Assembly (NCBI GenBank): GCA_045642565.1
Contig: JAZUJE010000008.1
Span: forward strand, 38,223-62,222
From: Anaerovoracaceae bacterium
Lineage (GTDB): Bacteria; Bacillota; Clostridia; Peptostreptococcales; Anaerovoracaceae
Direction of reading: 5' to 3'
DNA length: 24,000 bases
Position 1 is the first letter of the stretch. Every line of letters begins with the position of its first letter. This document shows, in pieces, positions 1-6,003 of the stretch. The translations under genes and the position numbers were made by a program. Below the pieces are notes generated by a model. The model was given only the letters and a program-made list of their open reading frames with translations, was not told the DNA's origin and searched no databases.

Positions 1-1299
1 GTGAAACAACGTATGTCTATTGTTGTGCAAATGGTTATAGCAATTTTCCATCTTGGCAATCTTATCTTGCGGTATCCCTCCTGCAAGCTCCGGCTTGAAT
101 CTGTACACTCCTGAATCAAATGTAAACATATTGAAATTATAAGATTGCATACTAATTCCACACTTTGTAAGGTTGTACTTAAGTACACCTTCTAACGCCC
201 GTAATGCAGGGAATGTAAACATAGAAAATTCAGTGTCATTTCTCGCAGGATTATTTAGATTTATTATTGCCTGTTTTAGCAAGGTTACTATATTTTGAGG
301 AAGAGCTTCTTGAGAGATAGTCGGTAATTTACTGTTGTAATCATCATCAACTCTAACTTTGTTTATTGAAATGCCATATGCGCTTTTCAAAACTTGAATA
401 AAGTCTCCACATTGAAGAGTCTCTACAACACCGGTTGTAATAATTTGAAACAGATTATTCTTTTTACCTTGGACAGTCATTTTTATATCATTAAATAACG
501 TAATTTGAGTCTTTTCTTTTCCAAATGTCAATGACCAACTTTTTTTATTTCCGGTTTTAGCCTTAGACAATTCAATTCCTTGACATTCTTCTTGAAGTTT
601 AACAAGCAGATCATCTATGTTTTTTTCATTAACAGGACTAATAATATAACCAGAATTTCCATCTAAATCACGAATTACTTTATTCTCAAATATAGCGCTT
701 TTTGCAAGTTTATCGGCCCTATCGTTGTACTTGTTGTTCGAGTGGCCACTTACTTTTACGAATTCTATAGAAATAATGCCGGATTTATCATCAATGTATC
801 TTTTGTAATAACTTGTTAATGATGTTTTTGCCTGCCATTCACCAGAAGCCCATTTTCCTATACCTTCATAATCATAAAACACTGTCATATTGTCAAAGCC
901 ATTTTTCCATGACCAATCCACTGCATTCATAACAGCTATTATTTCGCCAGCAACATTACGAAGCTCAATATATTTTTCGTTTTTTCCGATATTACATAGT
1001 TCCACATACACATCAGATGGTGCAAATAAACACACTCCAGATCCATACGCTTTTTTCCCCGCATCAAAACTACCATCCGTAAAAGCTACAACTTTACCTT
1101 TTTCAATACGAGGCAACACATCATTATTCATTACTATATCTATATCGTTTAAAAAAGCTTCTGCCTCTTCGACAGATTCAAAGCTTTTGTATATGGCTCC
1201 TGAATAACCTTCAATTGCAGTTTTGCACTCTTCCCATGATTTAAATATGCCAGTACGAAGGCCTTGCTTAACAGCATATATTTTTACTTTACTTCCCAT
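1..1299 (-). CDS. RNase H1 (hybrid-binding domain + RNase H domain) fused to an RnlA/LsoA-like repeat domain and HEPN (Rx4H) domain; C-terminus cut by window edge
   Basis: Absent from the ORF track because it runs off the window. My own minus-strand translation from ATG 1299-1297 gives 433 codons with no stop down to base 1. RBS AGAGGAG lies at 1308-1314, 8 nt upstream, inside the end of the previous gene. The N-terminus KIYAVKQGLRTGIFKSWEECKTAIEGYSGAIYKSFESVEEAEAFL is an RNase H1/viroplasmin-type hybrid-binding domain. The DEDD set is present in the usual contexts: FTDGS (D75), NVAGEIIA (E119), FYDYEG (D143), NDRADKLAK (D196). KSWSLTFGKEKTQITLFNDIKMTVQGKK resembles the RnlA/RNase HIII TBP-like repeat. 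The C-terminus FPALRALEG...NNRHTLFH carries Rx4H (R428-H433, bases 18-1). Confidence 0.8.
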   Translation of the reverse strand, partial: MGSKVKIYAVKQGLRTGIFKSWEECKTAIEGYSGAIYKSFESVEEAEAFLNDIDIVMNNDVLPRIEKGKVVAFTDGSFDAGKKAYGSGVCLFAPSDVYVELCNIGKNEKYIELRNVAGEIIAVMNAVDWSWKNGFDNMTVFYDYEGIGKWASGEWQAKTSLTSYYKRYIDDKSGIISIEFVKVSGHSNNKYNDRADKLAKSAIFENKVIRDLDGNSGYIISPVNEKNIDDLLVKLQEECQGIELSKAKTGNKKSWSLTFGKEKTQITLFNDIKMTVQGKKNNLFQIITTGVVETLQCGDFIQVLKSAYGISINKVRVDDDYNSKLPTISQEALPQNIVTLLKQAIINLNNPARNDTEFSMFTFPALRALEGVLKYNLTKCGISMQSYNFNMFTFDSGVYRFKPELAGGIPQDKIAKMENCYNHLHNNRHTLFH

Positions 1300-1301
1300 A
1301 T

Positions 1302-2456
1302 CTATTTCTCCTCTGCAATGCTTGCCTTTTTGTTAGACTTCATTTCTTCCTCAGAAAATCCATTCTCTACAATTATTCTATACGCATCAATTATTGTTCC
1401 TGCGATTTCTCCAATTCTGTTTTCGACCTGATTGATATCTGCCAAGTTAATAATAGAATCGTTTTGAGCGGGATCCGAATGAAGTTCATGACATCGAATG
1501 CTTTCCCATGTAGTAGCAAGTTTATCTGATACAAATTCATTTCGACGTACATCACGTATGTATTTTTCGAGCTTCTTTTTTCTCAATGCATTGCCTATGT
1601 CAGCAATCTCAGGATTACTCTTATATGCATCAAATGTAAAAAATTCTTTTTCAATCAATAATTTAATTACAAATCCTTCGAAAACTTTTGCAAAGGGATA
1701 TAGTATCGGATTGTAGAGTGGTATGTTTAGGTTATTTTCTTTCACCACTTTTAATATTCCTATAGCGCTAATAAGTGTATCTTGGTCATTTTTATAAAGG
1801 AACGAAAAAGCCTGCTTTGATATTCTTTCTTCGGCTAATAAACGTATTTCTTTAAACTCATCTGCTGAAGCTAACATTGCCTTTTGTACTTCATTTTTAT
1901 TCTTTTTTGGTACATAAAGCATTGAATTTTCAATATTACTAAGAGGATTAATACTTTTAATTATTCCCAACACTTCTGTGAAAAGCAAAGAGGATTGACC
2001 TTGTAGCAATAGTGTTCCAGTTTTGTATTGTGTAATAGTAAACTTTTCATTTTTGTTTTGCAGTTGTATACGATAAAACTGCGTTGAATTCGTTTCAAAT
2101 AATGAATAATCTTCAAAGTGGTTGATAATAGCATTTTTTATTTTCTCTATTTTTTCTTCGCTATCTATCTTAATTGAGGTATGTATCTGTATCGTTTTTT
2201 GAGGAATACCATGAGTTTCTTTTTCTTCACCAAAACATTCCACAAGTTTAGGAGTTTCCTTCTCGAAAACAATTTTAGATGATATTTCTCCCTTAAAATA
2301 AACAATTATTGAATATTCATCTCCACTTATCTTATAACCATATCCGTTATTAATTATTTTTTCCTGTTTAATGGGAAAAGAATTTTGTTCCAAAATATTT
2401 CTTATTTTTTGAATTGCGAATTCCTTTTGATATTTAAAATCCACACTTTGTCCCAT
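1302..2456 (-). CDS. RnlA/LsoA-family HEPN RNase toxin-like protein (NTD + repeat domain + HEPN domain)
   Basis: The ORF track gives 1302..2474 from a TTG. I prefer ATG 2456-2454 (MGQSVDF...), which has a GAGGAAG RBS at 2464-2470, 7 nt upstream. It has two TBP-like modules, including FTITQYKTGTLLLQGQ, the signature shared by RnlA/LsoA and the RNase HIII N-domain. The C-terminal helical domain has YPFAKVFEG and SIRCHELH (Rx4H; R at 1494-1496, H at 1479-1481), matching the RnlA Rx4H arrangement. Confidence 0.7.
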   Translation of the reverse strand: MGQSVDFKYQKEFAIQKIRNILEQNSFPIKQEKIINNGYGYKISGDEYSIIVYFKGEISSKIVFEKETPKLVECFGEEKETHGIPQKTIQIHTSIKIDSEEKIEKIKNAIINHFEDYSLFETNSTQFYRIQLQNKNEKFTITQYKTGTLLLQGQSSLLFTEVLGIIKSINPLSNIENSMLYVPKKNKNEVQKAMLASADEFKEIRLLAEERISKQAFSFLYKNDQDTLISAIGILKVVKENNLNIPLYNPILYPFAKVFEGFVIKLLIEKEFFTFDAYKSNPEIADIGNALRKKKLEKYIRDVRRNEFVSDKLATTWESIRCHELHSDPAQNDSIINLADINQVENRIGEIAGTIIDAYRIIVENGFSEEEMKSNKKASIAEEK

Positions 2457-2470
2457 GCCAGTACTTCCTC

Positions 2471-3367
2471 TCAATTCTCGTTATATGATCTATCAATTAG
2501 TGGCTTGGCTTTTTCAAAATCAGCCTTATTATGTATTATGACTTCAACATCACCGGTTGCCCAATGACCGATTTTAGAGGTATCTCTGGTAAAACCTTCT
2601 TCATAATCAATAGTAGTTACATCAAGCCGGAGATGCAAAAGCAACCTGTTATTGAAAACCTCTACGCAAACAAAATTCTTGATTTTCTTAAATGCCGTAT
2701 AGAGTTTCAAACTGTTTTCGCTGATGTCATCGCCAAGACTCAGAATATAATTTCGGAGATCATCATATAACGTTTTTATCTCAAGCTTTGCATTTTTGTA
2801 TTGCTCAGCAAAAGATTTATCTTTCGTCTGCTTTGCGGCAGGCACAACATCATTGTCTGGAATTGCATCTGCAATGTTTTCATTGACCTGCTCAAACATA
2901 AGCAAATCATCACCAAACTTTTTATATCTGATCAGGCTGATGTTTCGATTCATTTGCTTGATAGCAGATTCGTCATACTTTGTGAAATCGCCGGCGACAC
3001 ATACTACGCGAGGCATGGTCCAGTCAATGCTGTCAGCTTCTTTTAAACCAAGCTTTTCTATCACAAGCACCTTGAAGCTATCTTTGTGATCTAACAACCA
3101 GTTGAGATAAAAGAGACCTTGGTTAATGACATTCTCTTTCATGGAACGCTTGTACTCAAAAATGACAGGGCAATGGTTTTCATCAATACCTATGCTGTCC
3201 ATACGACCACCGTCTGTTGTTCGGTATTCCGACGCAAGAAATGTTACGCCAAAGAAAGTGGTCATGTTATTTTCAATGACAGTTTGCAGTTCTTTTTCAA
3301 GAGTTACTGTACCGCTCTGATATTCCGTAACAGTTCCTTTTATGTTGAATAATTTAATGTCAGCCAT
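2471..3367 (-). CDS. PD-(D/E)XK nuclease (NucS/DUF91-like N-terminal domain) with DUF5655-like C-terminal domain
   Basis: 298-aa ORF with RBS AAGGAAGG upstream of ATG 3367. The N-terminal core GRMDSIGIDENHCPVIFEYKR fits D...E-x-K of the restriction-endonuclease fold. The tail ...LHLRLDVTTIDYEEGFTRDTSKIGHWATGDVEVII resembles DUF5655. Family names are from memory. Confidence 0.6.
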   Translation of the reverse strand: MADIKLFNIKGTVTEYQSGTVTLEKELQTVIENNMTTFFGVTFLASEYRTTDGGRMDSIGIDENHCPVIFEYKRSMKENVINQGLFYLNWLLDHKDSFKVLVIEKLGLKEADSIDWTMPRVVCVAGDFTKYDESAIKQMNRNISLIRYKKFGDDLLMFEQVNENIADAIPDNDVVPAAKQTKDKSFAEQYKNAKLEIKTLYDDLRNYILSLGDDISENSLKLYTAFKKIKNFVCVEVFNNRLLLHLRLDVTTIDYEEGFTRDTSKIGHWATGDVEVIIHNKADFEKAKPLIDRSYNEN

Positions 3368-3382
3368 AATAAACCGCCTTCC

Positions 3383-3595
3383 TTAATTCTTCTTATCGGG
3401 TACAAAATCCATGATATCGTTTGGTTCCACCTCAAGGGCAGCACAAATCGCACCGATGACGTCGGTGGTGATATCTTTATCGTTGGCAAGCTTGTACATC
3501 TGATAGTGGGTGATGCCAGCGGCTTCTTCCAGATCCTTTTTCTTCATGTTTCTGTCAACAAGGATGTGCCACAATTTCTTATAACTAACAGCCAT
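3383..3595 (-). CDS. XRE/Cro-C1 family helix-turn-helix transcriptional regulator
   Basis: 70-aa ORF with RBS AAAGGAG upstream. KKDLEEAAGITHYQMYKLANDKDITTDVIGAICAALEVEPNDIMDF is a typical short HTH_XRE protein. It is the first gene of the four-gene operon. Confidence 0.85.
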   Translation of the reverse strand: MAVSYKKLWHILVDRNMKKKDLEEAAGITHYQMYKLANDKDITTDVIGAICAALEVEPNDIMDFVPDKKN

Positions 3596-3636
3596 TTTGA
3601 ATCTCCTTTATGAGCTATTTGGCGCTGGATACAATA

Positions 3637-3675
3637 ATACTAATATAGTATATCACAGTTCGACTGGAAAATCAA
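3637..3675 (-). promoter_or_regulatory. Sigma-A type promoter of the XRE-led operon with an overlapping palindromic operator
   Basis: On the minus strand: TTGATT (3675-3670), a 17-nt spacer, then TGaTATACT extended -10 (TATACT = 3652-3647). The palindrome ATACTA-n3-TAGTAT at 3637-3651 overlaps the -10, consistent with autoregulation. Confidence 0.45.
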
Positions 3676-3745
3676 GAATATGATAAGAATTTCAAACTTT
3701 CGACAAGAAAAATAATGATCTGTTTGAAAGAATCAGAAGAGCAAT

Positions 3746-3807
3746 TTGCCGCTATCGGCAAAAACATTCGATGTTTTTACCAACTTTTTTTCGAATTTTG
3801 CCGATAG
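3746..3807. repeat. Inverted-repeat set: palindrome TTGCCG-CTAT-CGGCAA plus a 12-bp perfect inverted repeat
   Basis: The palindrome is at 3746-3761. CTATCGGCAAAA (3752-3763) is the exact reverse complement of TTTTGCCGATAG (3796-3807), with a 32-nt spacer. The two structures are mutually exclusive. Confidence 0.5.
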
Positions 3808-3810
3808 AAC

Positions 3811-3846
3811 AGAAAAATCCGGCCCTGCCGTATGGCAGAGCCGGAT
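3811..3846 (-). terminator. Rho-independent terminator downstream of the 3888-4193 gene
   Basis: GC-rich hairpin ATCCGGCcCTGCC-GTAT-GGCAGaGCCGGAT at 3817-3846. On the minus strand it is followed by TTTTTCT (3817-3811), about 40 nt after the stop. Confidence 0.7.
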
Positions 3847-3887
3847 CGTGGTTTCAATAAGGGCTGAAAGCCCGTCATTCAAAGAAG

Positions 3888-4193
3888 TTATATCTCGTCT
3901 TTTAGGTAGTCCGCGTAGGGTGCTTTCGTGGTAACGAAGGTATCGAAAGCGAATTGTGCTCCAAGGCGGAAGCCGGTGATGAAACTGTCGAGGGTAGATT
4001 CGCCGTTGACGGATGCCCAGGCATCGACATATTGAAGGAAGCGTTTCTTTTCCTCGCCGGAGAGTTTGTCCGTGAGGAAATCTTCGCTTTCGTTCAGCGT
4101 CTGCATATCTCGCTGCACCTTTTTGTTCTGCTCGGAGCTTCGCGCCTGCGGATCGATATTGCCGTAGTAAAACTCTTCGATAAAACTATTCAT
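3888..4193 (-). CDS. Small conserved hypothetical protein (FYYGNIxP motif) of the kind carried by Clostridia integrative/conjugative elements
   Basis: 101-aa ORF with strong RBS AAGGAG 7 nt upstream and its own terminator. It sits in a locally GC-richer block. The family is recalled only loosely, so no name is assigned. Confidence 0.55.
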   Translation of the reverse strand: MNSFIEEFYYGNIDPQARSSEQNKKVQRDMQTLNESEDFLTDKLSGEEKKRFLQYVDAWASVNGESTLDSFITGFRLGAQFAFDTFVTTKAPYADYLKDEI

Positions 4194-4220
4194 GGCAGTT
4201 TCTCCTTAAATTTAGTGAGA

Positions 4221-4255
4221 AACCCGTGCGTCCATGCCTTAAAAATGTAGTATTT
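4221..4255. repeat. Copy A of a ~35-nt dispersed repeat (promoter-like region upstream of the 3888-4193 gene)
   Basis: AACCCGTGCGTCCATGCCTTAAAAATGTAGTATTT aligns with 8610-8645 at about 30 of 36 columns, in the same orientation. Confidence 0.6.
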
Positions 4256-4310
4256 TCAATAGTTTTTGTTCGCGTTCTCTCAGGTAAGTTCTACCCTTTA
4301 TGACCAATTA

Positions 4311-4375
4311 GGAAGATACAAGACGATATGGGAAGTTATAGGTCGTTATGGGAAGATACAGGAAGATAAGGGAAC
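4311..4375 (+). repeat. Iteron-like array of GGAAG(A/T)TA motifs in helical phase
   Basis: GGAAGATACA at 4311, GGAAGTTATA at 4331, GGAAGATACA at 4351, GGAAGATAAG at 4361 and GGAAC at 4371. It can also be read as about 3 copies of a degenerate 20-mer (..CGATATGGGAAGTTATAGGT / CGTTATGGGAAGATACAGGA..). Confidence 0.55.
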
Positions 4376-4522
4376 ACTTTTTGATGCAAAAGCACCGAAG
4401 TTCAAGTCCGTTATTCACGCCCGACCAGATTGCACAATGAAAAAGCTCAATAATATTGTCCAAAACGGATATAATGATAACGAAATCACGTTTTGAAATT
4501 CAACGAATGTGTTTAATAATAA

Positions 4523-4551
4523 TTAACAAATGTCTTTAAATGTGCTATCAT
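4523..4551 (+). promoter_or_regulatory. Putative sigma-A promoter for the ATPase gene
   Basis: TTAACA (4523-4528), a 17-nt spacer, then TGcTATCAT (-10 at 4546-4551). It lies 35 nt upstream of the GAGGTG RBS and ATG 4586. Confidence 0.45.
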
Positions 4552-4585
4552 ACTGTCATAGAAAAGCATAAGTAGAGGTGCTAAT

Positions 4586-5866
4586 ATGGACTATAAAAAG
4601 CGAATTGTCGATAATTTACTCGATTTGAAATTGGAATCATTTGGTGCCACCTTGATAAAAGGTCCCAAAGGATGCGGCAAAACCACATCTGCAAAGCAAA
4701 AAGCAAAAAGTTATGTGGAATTTCAAGATGAAGAAGTGCGCGATAATTTGTTGGCAGTTGCTGAAACTGCTCCCAAAAAACTTTTGATTGGTGAAAAGCC
4801 ACGCCTTTTTGACGAATGGCAGGATGCACCGAAACTTTGGGGAACAATTCGCAAGGATATTGACGACAGCGGTGAAAACGGGCAATATATTCTGACGGGT
4901 TCATCCTCCAAAGACGTCAAAGTTGCGCATACCGGAACGCTCCGTATCAGCCAGTTACAGATGTATCCAATGAGCTTATACGAAAGTGAAGAATCAAACG
5001 GTACGGTTTCCTTGCTTGATCTTTTTGATAACCCCGACTCGTTTGACGGTTGCGAATCAAACCTAACAATAGACGATTTAATTTTTGCTATTTGCAGAGG
5101 AGGATGGCCTCGTGGACTTTTGAACAAAACGCCCCGCTCCAAATTGGAAATTGCAAAAGACTTATTCAAGCAGACTTATTCAGTGGACATTTCTAACATT
5201 GACGGCAAAAAGCGCAACGCCAGATGTGCTCAAGCAATCCTGCAATCTTATAGCCGCAATATCTGCACTTTGGCAGAATCGAAAACGATCATAGGAGATG
5301 TGCAGGCAAATTATGATGTCAGTCCGGCTACCATTTATGACTATATACATGCCCTTGAAAAGTTGTATATTATCGAGGATGTAGAAGCGTGGTGTCCGGC
5401 GATTCGTTCCAAGAGCAATCTCCGTTCTTCACAAAAGAGAAATCTGATCGACCCGTCTGTTGCCGTCGCTGCGCTTGGTCTGTCTCCAGATTATTTCAAC
5501 ACCGATTTCAAGACGCTCGGCTTCTTATTTGAATCGCTTTGCATTCGGGATTTGAAAATCTATTCTTCCGCTTTTGACGGAAAAATGTCCTATTATCATG
5601 ACCGATACGGATTGGAGGCAGATGGTGTTTTGCACCTGAACGACGGCAGATATGCTCTACTTGAATTCAAACTCGGCTCCAAAGAAATTGAAATGGGTGC
5701 AAAGCATTTGTGCGATATTGAAAAACTGATCAAAGAATACAACAAAAAAGAAAACCAGTGTCCGCTTCGGATTCCGGATTTGAAAATAGTTATCACCGGC
5801 GGACAGTACGGATATAAACGCGAGGACGGAGTGTTTGTTATCCCGATCGGATGTTTGAAAAATTGA
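4586..5866 (+). CDS. AAA_14-type ATPase with C-terminal DUF4143 (PD-(D/E)XK-like) domain
   Basis: 426 aa. Walker A is GPKGCGKTT and Walker B-like is LFDEWQ, followed by YILTGSS. The C-terminal GLEADGVLHL...ALLEFKLG fits the D/E-x-K pattern typical of DUF4143. Confidence 0.85.
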   Translation: MDYKKRIVDNLLDLKLESFGATLIKGPKGCGKTTSAKQKAKSYVEFQDEEVRDNLLAVAETAPKKLLIGEKPRLFDEWQDAPKLWGTIRKDIDDSGENGQYILTGSSSKDVKVAHTGTLRISQLQMYPMSLYESEESNGTVSLLDLFDNPDSFDGCESNLTIDDLIFAICRGGWPRGLLNKTPRSKLEIAKDLFKQTYSVDISNIDGKKRNARCAQAILQSYSRNICTLAESKTIIGDVQANYDVSPATIYDYIHALEKLYIIEDVEAWCPAIRSKSNLRSSQKRNLIDPSVAVAALGLSPDYFNTDFKTLGFLFESLCIRDLKIYSSAFDGKMSYYHDRYGLEADGVLHLNDGRYALLEFKLGSKEIEMGAKHLCDIEKLIKEYNKKENQCPLRIPDLKIVITGGQYGYKREDGVFVIPIGCLKN

Positions 5867-6003
5867 AAACTGCTTGATTCGGTCATGGCAAACTCTGCTT
5901 ATTATGAATTACTTTTTTCTGTGCACCACTTGAGCCCCAACGTTTCTCGACAATAGTTAAAATTACAAAAATATAGCAATCACAATCAATAGGAGCAATT
6001 AAA

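Noticed and set aside
890-1716. Plus-strand ORFs 890-1207 and 1498-1716 from the six-frame track
   Set aside because: They lie antisense to well-supported minus-strand genes (the RNase H1 fusion and the RnlA-like gene). They give low-complexity translations and have no RBS. They are shadow ORFs.
2385-3352. Several plus-strand ORFs (2385-2567, 2531-2770, 2796-3089, 2801-3046, 3119-3352, 3126-3320)
   Set aside because: All are antisense to the PD-(D/E)XK/DUF5655 gene. They are mutually overlapping and have no motifs or RBS.
4393-4427. tRNA-like 3' end (GAAGTTCAAGTCCGTT...CGCCCGACCA), possibly a second att remnant
   Set aside because: The flanks of the TTCAAGT loop cannot form a T-stem (only 1-2 pairs), and no acceptor complementarity exists. 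The resemblance is limited to the loop and a terminal CCA.
4266-4496. 76-aa ORF across the iteron-like array
   Set aside because: It starts at TTG without an RBS. Its sequence simply reflects the tandem DNA repeats (GRYKTIWEVIGRYGKIQEDKG). It is more parsimoniously non-coding.
4581-5886. Minus-strand ORFs 4581-4904, 4637-4885, 4723-5169 and 5596-5886
   Set aside because: They are antisense to the ATPase gene, which has clear Walker motifs. They show no features of real genes.
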